Below the pieces are notes generated by a model. The model did not search any database. It saw nothing but the letters and a program-made list of their open reading frames with translations, and was not told the DNA's origin. A stretch of DNA of 64,000 nucleotides from a virus. Lineage: Duplodnaviria; Heunggongvirae; Uroviricota; Caudoviricetes. The position numbers were made by a program, and so were the translations under genes. Below, in pieces: positions 45,841-55,131 of the stretch (the stretch's first letter is position 1; the number at the start of each line of letters is the position of its first letter). Location: the IMG/VR virus record IMGVR_UViG_3300033495_000700; one strand, written 5' to 3'.

Positions 45841-46544
45841 TTGTTCACCTTGCTCATTGTGTTTTTTGTAGTCTTGCCCTGCACCGCAGTGGTGCGAGCA
45901 GGATCGGGTGCAGAATCAGTACTGGCTGCTGGTATATACTGATTGATTGATCTGCGAGTGAGATCACCCAACACACCATCCACATCCAGATTGGCACCAA
46001 ACTTGGTATTCAGCATGTGTTGCAGTCGCCGCACCAGGGCAGATGGTAGACCGTTGCTTTCGGTCACAGCACTTTCGCTCTTGTTGCCGTAGTTGGCAGC
46101 ACCTTTCTTACGACATTGCACCAGGCGGCCCGAAGCATAGGCTGAAGGCCATACTTTAGCCGACGCCTTGACCTTGTAGTAACAAGCATCTTTCTTTTCC
46201 GCAATCATGTGTATGGGATACATGGCTTGGCCACAATGCGGGCATGATTCATGATTTTCGTTGGTCTTTTTTTTGGTGGCCACATTGATAGCAGCACCCT
46301 GACGATTGGCATTGGGATCTTCGCGGCGTTTTCTTGATGCAGCTGACGCTCGTCCTTTTTTGCCCAGAGCATGAGCCTTGGCCTGCGGCAAACACTTGGG
46401 CTTGCCTTCTGATTCAGAGCCACGAGCACAATCACCTCGGATCTTGCCGTCGGGACCAAATCTCACCCATTTTTGTTTGAACCAGTCTCGTAGATTTTCT
46501 TCCAACTGCTGCTGGTGTTCTGTGATAAATTCATGCGATTTCAT
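45837..46544 (-). CDS. 235-aa basic protein with CTS-like N-terminus (MKSHEFITE) and Cys module
   Basis: CPHCGQAMYP...DACYYKVKASAKVWPSAYASGRLVQCRKKG. Confidence 0.5.
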   Translation of the reverse strand: MKSHEFITEHQQQLEENLRDWFKQKWVRFGPDGKIRGDCARGSESEGKPKCLPQAKAHALGKKGRASAASRKRREDPNANRQGAAINVATKKKTNENHESCPHCGQAMYPIHMIAEKKDACYYKVKASAKVWPSAYASGRLVQCRKKGAANYGNKSESAVTESNGLPSALVRRLQHMLNTKFGANLDVDGVLGDLTRRSINQYIPAASTDSAPDPARTTAVQGKTTKNTMSKVNK

Positions 46545-46991
46545 TTACATCACCTTCTTTCCACGATCTTTTTCAGTGATAGGCCCGCCCACTACCCAGG
46601 CCGCACATGTTCTTGTGCCAGCACACTTGAAATGTAAAAAGTTACAATACCCTAGATCTGAAAGATTTATTGTGGCAGCAGCATCTATGTGGGACTCGCT
46701 ACCTCGGATGCCAGACTCAATGCACTTCCGCATGCTGTTGCTGGCATCAAATGCAGCACAGTTGCCGCACATCATGGTTTTTACTATTTTTTCTGGCACA
46801 GCCCAACGACCAGCTGCACCTCGCCAGTAATCCCCTGGCTCTAAAGGATTTGCTGGACCATAGTGATAATCATCTATAGCTGCTTGACGATTTTTGAGAT
46901 TTAGCTCAATGTCGTGAGTGACCACTGGGCACCCTTTTTCCATTGCTTCAACAAGTCTGATAAAACTTTTCATATGCTTATTTAACTCCAA
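46545..46991 (-). CDS. Cys-rich hypothetical protein (degenerate CTS-like MKSFIRLVE)
   Basis: 148 aa with several Cys (CGNCAAFD, CNFLHFKCAGTRTC). Confidence 0.45.
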   Translation of the reverse strand: MELNKHMKSFIRLVEAMEKGCPVVTHDIELNLKNRQAAIDDYHYGPANPLEPGDYWRGAAGRWAVPEKIVKTMMCGNCAAFDASNSMRKCIESGIRGSESHIDAAATINLSDLGYCNFLHFKCAGTRTCAAWVVGGPITEKDRGKKVM

Positions 46992-47511
46992 TTTGTAATA
47001 GACTTGTGTAGTCTGTTTCAGGATCCTGTGCAGACCGTTGGCCTTGGTACAGAATTACACTGAGATCATAATCACCAAAATTGTGATCAACATCATTCCT
47101 GCTTTGTAATGCCACCATGACGCCTGCAGGTATGTGATCGAACCAACCTTGATTTTCTATGTCATGACAACTGGTATTGATCACTAGTCCATCTTGATCC
47201 AGCTGTTGGTAGTTTAACCGATTGGCATCCTTGGCCATGTATTCAGTGTTAGCAATATTCAACATGTGACCCATGCGTTTTGCTGCACGGGTCCTATCAA
47301 CATTTCTATCTACATTCACAATGTGATTGCACTGTATCCGGCTCTTGGCCAACAGTATGCTCATGTTTCCATACCAGGAGCCCAGGATGTAAATTGTGCT
47401 GAACTGATCTTGAATTTTTCCAAGTTCGTGCAGCAACCACAGTTTGTTCAAGACCAGGTCTCGACTAAAACTACCAGAGATTGTGGATGGACTGAATTCT
47501 AATAGTTTCAT
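46978..47511 (-). CDS. hypothetical protein with CTS-like N-terminus (MKLLEF); weak methyltransferase-like motif
   Basis: ILGSWYGNMSILLAK...IVNVDRN. Confidence 0.4.
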   Translation of the reverse strand: MKLLEFSPSTISGSFSRDLVLNKLWLLHELGKIQDQFSTIYILGSWYGNMSILLAKSRIQCNHIVNVDRNVDRTRAAKRMGHMLNIANTEYMAKDANRLNYQQLDQDGLVINTSCHDIENQGWFDHIPAGVMVALQSRNDVDHNFGDYDLSVILYQGQRSAQDPETDYTSLLQIGVK

Positions 47512-48602
47512 TTGTTTTTTGCTCGTCCGGCTTTCATATTGGCCAACCAGTGTGACATGCGTTGTTTTTCACCAGAACTGTTCTTGGCAGTTTTTCTCAA
47601 ACTACTCACACTGGCTTTGGTATTTACGCCCACACGTTTGGCCAAGCCCTTGCGGCCAGGATTTTTGCCGTCGGCAAAGTTTTCATTGACTGAGGGCTCA
47701 CTGGGGGTTATAGGTTTTGCAACAGGTTGCTTGGCTTTGTACATAGCCTCCCATTTGTCTGAAATAGCATTTTTTAATTCCAGTGTGGATTTATAATTAT
47801 TGTCTTGCATGTACTTAATTATCCAAACAGCACTGGCACGGTCTCCCGAATCGGGCTTGCGAGCGTTGCTTAGATCCACACTGAGATTTTGATCTTCCGA
47901 TGGGTTGCCATAGTACCGCATGCTTTTTAAAGCACGTTTTGCTCGGTCACTTAGATGTGATTCGTCGCTCTTGGTAATTAACTCAATCCAGGGTTTCACA
48001 AAGTCTGTGGGCTTGCGAGAAGATCCAGCTGGCTGTGGACCACGCAATACATCACGAGCTTGGCCAGGTGTTTGTGCTCGACGTTTGTCCAACAGTCGCC
48101 ATGCTGCTTCGTCTGTGTAGAAAAACACAGGTAAACCTTGTTGTTTGGCCGTGACCAATATCTGTCTTGTTTCGGGACTGCGATATTCATCTTGTTTTTT
48201 CAGCAACACATGCACTTCAGTCACAGGAGTAATTGGAATAGTGGGCTCTTTACTGAACACACGGTCTTCCGCTTCTCTAGTTCTCGTGCCATTGCTGTGC
48301 AACCATGCACCATCCCAGTAGTCAATGGGTTTCACAATGTATCTAGAGTTAAACCAGTCACCGTCGAGTTTGAACATCACCCCACCTGATCCCACAAAAC
48401 GATGATAATCACCAGTTATGGTTCGTGTTAGACTAAGAAAGTATGGATGTCCAGCAGGTGCATAATTTTCTTCGGATCTGTTACCAATCACGCTGGCCAA
48501 TTCAAAGTTACCAGATTGCAGGATCTTTAGCCCGGCTCTGACACTGGTATAATGAAACAATACCGCAGTGGCTCGTTCAATTAAAAATTCATTAGATCTC
48601 AT
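47508..48602 (-). CDS. hypothetical protein with CTS-like N-terminus (MRSNEFLIE); paralog of the 49000..49623 product
   Basis: Start at ATG 48602 overlaps the TGA of the GNAT gene. Shared N-region LFHYTSVRAGLKIL versus LYHATSIPSMLGMW. Confidence 0.5.
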   Translation of the reverse strand: MRSNEFLIERATAVLFHYTSVRAGLKILQSGNFELASVIGNRSEENYAPAGHPYFLSLTRTITGDYHRFVGSGGVMFKLDGDWFNSRYIVKPIDYWDGAWLHSNGTRTREAEDRVFSKEPTIPITPVTEVHVLLKKQDEYRSPETRQILVTAKQQGLPVFFYTDEAAWRLLDKRRAQTPGQARDVLRGPQPAGSSRKPTDFVKPWIELITKSDESHLSDRAKRALKSMRYYGNPSEDQNLSVDLSNARKPDSGDRASAVWIIKYMQDNNYKSTLELKNAISDKWEAMYKAKQPVAKPITPSEPSVNENFADGKNPGRKGLAKRVGVNTKASVSSLRKTAKNSSGEKQRMSHWLANMKAGRAKNK

Positions 48603-49003
48603 TTTGGGTCCCACTTCATACTTTTGCTGCCCTTGATGGTTGGAGTAAAGCCTTGTGTTCGATAGAACTTGATCAATTTACTTTGACTCACTTGTCCTTT
48701 GTCCCAAGGGAACAGGGTCAAGCTGATGCCATCTTCTCTGGCCATGGCTTGTAGTTCTTGCATGGCACGAGATCCAACCCCTTGACGTAGAGGATATGCT
48801 TGAATCCATTTGACTTCAACTGCACCGCGTTTGCTAAAGCTAGGAGTTAATTCAAACATGGCAAATTGTTGATCATCGCCTTCGCCCCAGATCATAACGT
48901 GATTGTTCTGCATGGTGTAGGGATACTTTGCATAGACTTTTTCAATCCAGGCCTGAGCTGCATCATTTTTGTTTTCTTCAATTAAAAATTCATTGGCTCT
49001 CAT
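48599..49003 (-). CDS. GNAT-family N-acetyltransferase with CTS-like N-terminus (MRANEFLIE)
   Basis: AYPLRQGVGSRAMQELQAMAREDGISLTL matches GNAT motif A. Confidence 0.6.
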   Translation of the reverse strand: MRANEFLIEENKNDAAQAWIEKVYAKYPYTMQNNHVMIWGEGDDQQFAMFELTPSFSKRGAVEVKWIQAYPLRQGVGSRAMQELQAMAREDGISLTLFPWDKGQVSQSKLIKFYRTQGFTPTIKGSKSMKWDPK

Positions 49004-49623
49004 CTGTTGTCATCCCTTGACCGATCATATAGTGGATGATCGGGTCCATACTGTTCTCGTGACCTAATAGGTACATTATATTGTTTCTGTTGATTACCTA
49101 GCTCTTTTTTGACTTCTGTACGTGGATCACGTAGCAATGCATCCCATGTTGTTTGCATTTTGGGATTTTTGAACCAATTGTTTTGCATCAATTCATCATG
49201 AACTCGATCGCCTTTCTTGGGCAACCATATTTCAATCCTTTTTACATATTTTCTAAATGGATCCAACCCACCTTTGATTAGTGTTTCAAATCTGTCAGTA
49301 TCATGCATGTCACTGCGGCGTTGAAATTCATCACTAGAACTTTCTGGCGGTTCACCTTTGAACCAATCTGTACTGGGCATTCTTCTGCGCCCTATGTCTC
49401 TACGCAGCAGGTCTTGATCCAGGGTGAATATCACTCCGCCGCTGGAGCCATATGTGCTTATGTTTTTCAAATACCCCAAAGCATAGTTATAGTTTCTGGT
49501 GGTGCTGACATTGCCACCAAACCCCAATTTGTCATTATGCCACATGCCCAACATACTGGGTATACTAGTAGCATGATACAAGTCAGCTTCTTGATATTCA
49601 TTTAGAAATTCATTTGCTCTCAT
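49000..49623 (-). CDS. hypothetical protein with CTS-like N-terminus (MRANEFLNE)
   Basis: Start at ATG 49623 with a GAGGAT RBS. Confidence 0.5.
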   Translation of the reverse strand: MRANEFLNEYQEADLYHATSIPSMLGMWHNDKLGFGGNVSTTRNYNYALGYLKNISTYGSSGGVIFTLDQDLLRRDIGRRRMPSTDWFKGEPPESSSDEFQRRSDMHDTDRFETLIKGGLDPFRKYVKRIEIWLPKKGDRVHDELMQNNWFKNPKMQTTWDALLRDPRTEVKKELGNQQKQYNVPIRSREQYGPDHPLYDRSRDDNR

Positions 49624-49853
49624 CCGAGATCCTCGGTAATTGCAAACCACGGATCAATGATAACTAATGTGCCATCTTTACGTTGCATAACATTTTCTGT
49701 ATGCAAGTCCCAGCCTATTTTATTTATTTTTCCCGTATGGTACAGCAATGTCATTAATGTGAACAACACGCCGTATTCTGCTTGGTCCCGGTCATCTAAA
49801 TTATCAATACGGTTGAATATTTCTTCAACAGGTATATCGCCAGTGAAGCCTTC
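49620..49853 (-). other. in-frame open continuation after the TAG of the 1753-aa gene, encoding the kinase catalytic loop
   Basis: Same frame as the upstream gene: *EGFTGDIPVEEIFNRIDNLDDRDQAEYGVLFTLMTLLYHTGKINKIGWDLHTENVMQRKDGTLVIIDPWFAITEDLG*. It carries an HxDLHxxNV-like motif and an IID motif, and ends in an ATGA overlap with the next gene. Confidence 0.45.
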
Positions 49854-52800
49854 CTATGTTGCTTCATCTTGAATAATTTGCAAAGCCTGATTCCAGTTCA
49901 TGCGTTGAGTTGATAACGAACTCAGTATCCAGACCATGGCTTCTTCAAAACTGTTATTTTCAATTGGATACAATCGTTCCATATTGATCATGGTGTATTC
50001 TTTATCTAATACATCAAATTTACTAACTGAATTAAATCTAGGCAAATTTTTTATATCATTGTGTGCTGCAGAGAACTCGTAGAACCTATTAAACACTCGT
50101 TCAGATTGTGTGCTTGGATCTTCCGGCATTAATATTTTAATGACATTTTGTTCGTGTTTTGCATATACATTTGCGTCGGCGCCTGATCCTAATTTTTTAT
50201 AGCCGAGAGATTTAAACTGTTTGTCTATTTCTTTAGCAGTATCAGTACCGTACTCGGCCTCCGCCACAGCTGGTTTAATTCTGCTGAATTCGTATCTAAC
50301 CAGGGTGCCAGTGTCTGCACGGAGCGCCCTATATCCCCAGTCTCGGGCATAACGCTGAACCAGTCGGTCATATAGTTTAGCACGACTCTCACTGTTTTGA
50401 CCAGGCTCAACTTCTTTGCTGGCCGAGAAAAATAACTTTTGTGGTTTGTTTTTCTTAATAAATTTTTGGATAGCTGTCAATACAGTGGCAAATATTCGTT
50501 GAGCATCACCGTCGCCGGTTACTTCTTGACTGTTGTTTCTGTAAAACTCAACTCCCCATGTGTCATTTTCATCATCCTCTCGATTGAACATGATGCTTAA
50601 ATTTGTGCCATCAGGTAGTTTGGCCAACATATCAACATCACCATATTCACTTTTTTCAGATTTGGTTTTGTAAGGTTGGTCAAAGGCTTCCACCATGGCC
50701 CCTGGCAGGAAACTGGCTGCTATGTCTCTGCAACTGTTGAAGATGTCGGCATTGTCAGTGACCTGTAGATTGAATGGATAGTCTGTGACAGGATGCTGTG
50801 TGGGGTCTTGCCACCCAGCATAACATTTTTCAATGCCATAGTCAGTTAACAAATCAGTACAACTCTCACCATGCCGCTCATCCATGTCATGCACACACGG
50901 GCTCAGGGTAGTGACCATGATAGCATTGGACCCAATACGACCGTGACGTTTGAGATGATTATCTATGGCCACTCGTTCAGCATGGCGACGTGTTCCGTCG
51001 GGGCCTGGCAAGTTGATACCATAGGTGTGATTGTTTTTGTTGTCAATCAAACAAGCAGCCACACGTCCATACTTGTTTGGATCTGACTCATGTCCACGAT
51101 GTATCATGCTGATGCACTTTTCCAGCACCGTATCTAGTTTACCTAGTTTTGTAATCTCTCGGCTCTCGCCCAGGTCCTCACGTAATCGTTGTTCTAGCAC
51201 TGTGATGTTTTCTGACACTGATTGAGCACGTGGTCTTACTGAGAAGTTACTGGCATCCACTTCTGGATTTGCCTGCATTGCAGTGGCCACCCATTCTTGA
51301 CCCTTACGCCAGGCTTCTGCTTGATTTGCTGCCTGTATCACAAATACTGATTGGTTGGAAGATCTATTGTATACTTCCCACTGTGTTTGTGCCAATGGGA
51401 TATCTAACTCAACCTCTTCTACTCCTGGAATTGGGGTGGATGTGTATTGGCTTTGGCTTGCTGCCTCACCCATTTCTGGTACTACTGTTACTCCGGCCTG
51501 CATACGCCCAGGATTACTACGCATCCAGTTTATGGCCACACGGTTAGCATCACTCTGCACATTGCCCACACCTGAGAAACGATGTATTTCTTGACCGTCT
51601 GGATCTAAGATCAACCAGTTGCCGGTGAATGTTTGCTGGCCTTGCTCTGGACGAGTTAATGTTTGTGGTGCAAAGTTCTGAGCCACATCGGGTTCAATAT
51701 CAATGATGCCACCTTGTGCTGCATCGGCTTGTTGAGTTCGTACGCCATACAATTCAGGAGCTTCACGACGTTGATCAATAACTGAGCGAGCTTCTACTCC
51801 AGCAGCCATGCGGTTGGTCTGAGCCAGCTCTGCCACACTTAACCCATCACTTCTTCTAAACACTTCCCAAGGTCCTGGACCGGTCGGTGTTAGCGTGTTG
51901 CGGTCAACAGGCGGTGCAGCAGGTTCAATCTCTTGAGCAATTAACTCTAATCCAGAGCCCGAGTTTCTTGCATTGTAGTCCTGGATCCAGGCCTCAGCCC
52001 CAGCCTGGTAGCTAAATCTTCTAGGCCCGGCATTGCCTATAGTTACATAACGATCAAGTGGTGGCACCCACACTCCCCAGTTGCCGGTTGTTGTACTGCC
52101 TTGTTCTGTTGGTGTAATACTTTGGAATTTAGAGTCATATGCTCGGATTGGAGTGGCAGTCAAGTCCGTGGCGTAGTCCCATTCAGGAAATTCTTTCTTG
52201 CCTGCTGCAATGGCTTGTGCTGGATTGGTGGCCACCACCTCCACAGATCCGCTGTAGCCTGGGCGACCCACACGCCACACGTATTTTTCACCACCTGTGG
52301 GGTCTTTGGCAACTTTACGTTCTAGTTGTGCTTGTTTAATAAAACTCTTCAATGCTGCCTTGGGCAATTCGCCAGCTGAATACTTTGCAAATATTGCCAA
52401 GGGATCTGTTTCACCCTCGGGTGCCAACATCTTGTACAGCTTCTTGAGATACTCTTGTCTATATGCTTCAGGATTCAATGCAGCACTCATGGCCACGGTG
52501 AAACGCAACAAGGTGTTTTCAATCTTTTCAAAGTTCTCATCTAACCAATCTCCACCGGGGCTACGGAACTCAATATGCCCATCCTTGGTATTGATACTGG
52601 TATACTTGTCTGTGCTTCCTGAATGTATGGCCTTGGTGGCCAGCTGATTCATGCCAGATTTCATTGTGTCTAGAATTTGTTTAGCATTGGCAGGAGTGAT
52701 TTTTCCCTTGATCTTACTGATTGCAGATTTTGCATATTGGTTAGTGGATCTTCCAAAATTGTCCAACACATATTCGTCACCCATCAGCAGGGCTAATTTC

Positions 52801-55115
52801 ACATAGTCCAACTGATCTATACTGTAATTGGGCACTGAAATATTGATGTGCAAGCCAGTTGATTGGTTGGTATAAACACCCATGCGTCCAGCCCAGGCCT
52901 TGACAGCATTTAAATCTTTAAGCAGTTCATCTATGGGCATGGGAGGTGATACAAACTCCAGTCCTTCGTCGCCGTCGTCGTTGCCTTCCAAACTGCCGTC
53001 GGGTTCTACTATATAAAACTGATTTTTTGGTCCAGGTCTTTCTCCAGACTGATGATATCTTGTGTTGACCCGCACTTCACGACCCACAGCCTGACTGAAT
53101 TCGTCAGCTACCATCTGTGTGTCGACACTGTCGTTGCCCTCGTTAGGGTTACTCCAATGCGGCCATTGAATATCGTATTCGTCTTCAACGTTGCTCATAA
53201 GTCCAAGACCTTCAGCCCTCAACCAGTCGCTTTCGTCGTAATCGCCGTATTTTTCTTCACGATACTCATCCAGAGCTGATTGATAATAGTCATTGTTGGG
53301 ATCACTATACACCTCTCTCACAAACTCTTCAAGTAGCTCGTTTCGTTCATCTCCAGTTAACTCGGTGGGATTCCATTCATCATCGTTTAGATTGTTCTGA
53401 ACCCAATCACGAACAAAAACTTCACCGTCACTATCCCAGTCTTTGTCTATCTTTACCGTGAGCCATTCCTGGAAATCATTCTCCATTTTTTCACGCAATT
53501 CTCTAACATCTCTGCGACTGTTCATGTCACCGTCATTAAAAAACGCCACAGCATCATCAATGCTGCTGCAGCGTGTATCAAAGTCATAGTCTGCTTCTAA
53601 TTCATCATTGCTTTGGTCGCTGTCGATGCCTGGCACAATCATTTCAAATTCCATACCAGCAATGGCACCAGTCTTGGCTGCTTCCTTGCGCAGACTCTTC
53701 CCGCCCATGTTGATTTCAAACAGATCCTTCTCTTTGAACTCGCGCAGCAGCTTGTTTAATCCAGCTGTGAGCACGGCCGGATGACCTTGTGAATCTGTTT
53801 TTAATCCCAGTTTGTTGGCTTCTTTGCCCACCGCACCGGGACGCACATCCCGAGTCAAGGCCATCACAAACCTTGGGTCCCGAGCCTGTGCCTTTGTGGG
53901 GATATAACCAGATGCTTCTTCCAGTGTGACACCATCAAACATCTCAGGTTGTTCTTCGGCCCAATCTCTCATGATACGGCCGGCCATGGCGTTGGCTTGG
54001 TCTTCCCAGGGGCTACCAGTTTTGCCAGCATCTATGGGCAGAGGATTTGTTTCATCCTGCTGACGATGTGTCATTTCATGAGCCATTGTGCGAAGTATAT
54101 CCAACACATGGCGACCTGCGGTGGCCAAAATCAATGTGTTGGTGTCTGAATCATATTGCCCAAAACTACCATTCTCTTGACTCCAGTCGGGTGTGGTTTC
54201 CAAACGCAATTTGGGTGGATTCTCTAATTCAAGTTTATCCACACAACTGGTATAGAATCGATGTAGAATCTTTTTCAAGTGATCAGTATCCACACTTTCG
54301 TCCACTTGTTCAGATTCAGTACCAGCAGAATGATCTTGACCAGCATATGCAGTGCCCGGATACCAGTAATCACGCATGCCGTAATTGACTTTCTTTCTGG
54401 CCGCAGGTTTACGATGTAAACTTAACTCACGATCTTGTATTGCTGTCTTGGCATCTTTTAATTCACCAATGCAACCCATGTTTCTCAACAGTTTGAACAC
54501 AATGTTTTCACAACCAAACTCGCCAGTTTTCTCTAGGCCAGTTTTGCGCATTGTTTTGATCTTGTCCCACAGTTGATTAACAGCATCTGCATTGCCGGAC
54601 TTGATAGCCGAATGTATTCTAGCATCAAGATCAGCTGTTTTGTGTTGTACACAAGAGTCATCTATGCGAGCACGACGTTGCTGTGGAACTTGTACCCAGT
54701 CACCATTCTTCACGCTGTAGATGCCTTGACTCACATGCTTTTGATCACTAGGCTGCACATACAGTTCTACTGGTACACCGGCGATCTTTATATTGTGAGT
54801 ATCATTAAATTCGTATTTTTTTGCATTGAACAGTTCTTGATACACCGGATCGGCAGGCATGTCCACCACAAGATGTAGATCAATGTCTGAGTTTTTTGTA
54901 TATGAATAAGCCGCATTAGATCCAGACACTGTGATATCTTTTACTTTGAGATCATCTACTCCTAAGAATTCTTGAAAAAACTCTGCTATTGAGAGCAATT
55001 TTTCTTTAACCTCAGGCAACAAGTGTTCGTCTCTGCCCCACAAACTGGGGTTAAGACGTTGATGGAATTTTACAGCATCCGCGAGATTATAGTTATCAAG
55101 ATCATGAAATTTCAT
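49854..55115 (-). CDS. 1753-aa multidomain virion/effector-like protein (nucleotidyltransferase, HExxH, cytidine-deaminase-like, protein-kinase-like)
   Basis: N-terminal GSNAAYSYTKNSDIDLHLVVD (Pol-beta-type NTase). TMAHEMTHRQQDE (HExxH). RHAERVAIDN...LSPCVHDMDERHGESC (CDA-fold H-A-E...PC..C). C-terminal LGSGADANVYAKHEQNVIKIL (kinase Gly loop plus Lys). Ends at TAG 49854. Confidence 0.7.
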   Translation of the reverse strand: MKFHDLDNYNLADAVKFHQRLNPSLWGRDEHLLPEVKEKLLSIAEFFQEFLGVDDLKVKDITVSGSNAAYSYTKNSDIDLHLVVDMPADPVYQELFNAKKYEFNDTHNIKIAGVPVELYVQPSDQKHVSQGIYSVKNGDWVQVPQQRRARIDDSCVQHKTADLDARIHSAIKSGNADAVNQLWDKIKTMRKTGLEKTGEFGCENIVFKLLRNMGCIGELKDAKTAIQDRELSLHRKPAARKKVNYGMRDYWYPGTAYAGQDHSAGTESEQVDESVDTDHLKKILHRFYTSCVDKLELENPPKLRLETTPDWSQENGSFGQYDSDTNTLILATAGRHVLDILRTMAHEMTHRQQDETNPLPIDAGKTGSPWEDQANAMAGRIMRDWAEEQPEMFDGVTLEEASGYIPTKAQARDPRFVMALTRDVRPGAVGKEANKLGLKTDSQGHPAVLTAGLNKLLREFKEKDLFEINMGGKSLRKEAAKTGAIAGMEFEMIVPGIDSDQSNDELEADYDFDTRCSSIDDAVAFFNDGDMNSRRDVRELREKMENDFQEWLTVKIDKDWDSDGEVFVRDWVQNNLNDDEWNPTELTGDERNELLEEFVREVYSDPNNDYYQSALDEYREEKYGDYDESDWLRAEGLGLMSNVEDEYDIQWPHWSNPNEGNDSVDTQMVADEFSQAVGREVRVNTRYHQSGERPGPKNQFYIVEPDGSLEGNDDGDEGLEFVSPPMPIDELLKDLNAVKAWAGRMGVYTNQSTGLHINISVPNYSIDQLDYVKLALLMGDEYVLDNFGRSTNQYAKSAISKIKGKITPANAKQILDTMKSGMNQLATKAIHSGSTDKYTSINTKDGHIEFRSPGGDWLDENFEKIENTLLRFTVAMSAALNPEAYRQEYLKKLYKMLAPEGETDPLAIFAKYSAGELPKAALKSFIKQAQLERKVAKDPTGGEKYVWRVGRPGYSGSVEVVATNPAQAIAAGKKEFPEWDYATDLTATPIRAYDSKFQSITPTEQGSTTTGNWGVWVPPLDRYVTIGNAGPRRFSYQAGAEAWIQDYNARNSGSGLELIAQEIEPAAPPVDRNTLTPTGPGPWEVFRRSDGLSVAELAQTNRMAAGVEARSVIDQRREAPELYGVRTQQADAAQGGIIDIEPDVAQNFAPQTLTRPEQGQQTFTGNWLILDPDGQEIHRFSGVGNVQSDANRVAINWMRSNPGRMQAGVTVVPEMGEAASQSQYTSTPIPGVEEVELDIPLAQTQWEVYNRSSNQSVFVIQAANQAEAWRKGQEWVATAMQANPEVDASNFSVRPRAQSVSENITVLEQRLREDLGESREITKLGKLDTVLEKCISMIHRGHESDPNKYGRVAACLIDNKNNHTYGINLPGPDGTRRHAERVAIDNHLKRHGRIGSNAIMVTTLSPCVHDMDERHGESCTDLLTDYGIEKCYAGWQDPTQHPVTDYPFNLQVTDNADIFNSCRDIAASFLPGAMVEAFDQPYKTKSEKSEYGDVDMLAKLPDGTNLSIMFNREDDENDTWGVEFYRNNSQEVTGDGDAQRIFATVLTAIQKFIKKNKPQKLFFSASKEVEPGQNSESRAKLYDRLVQRYARDWGYRALRADTGTLVRYEFSRIKPAVAEAEYGTDTAKEIDKQFKSLGYKKLGSGADANVYAKHEQNVIKILMPEDPSTQSERVFNRFYEFSAAHNDIKNLPRFNSVSKFDVLDKEYTMINMERLYPIENNSFEEAMVWILSSLSTQRMNWNQALQIIQDEAT

Positions 55116-55131
55116 GATCTATTTATCGTTA

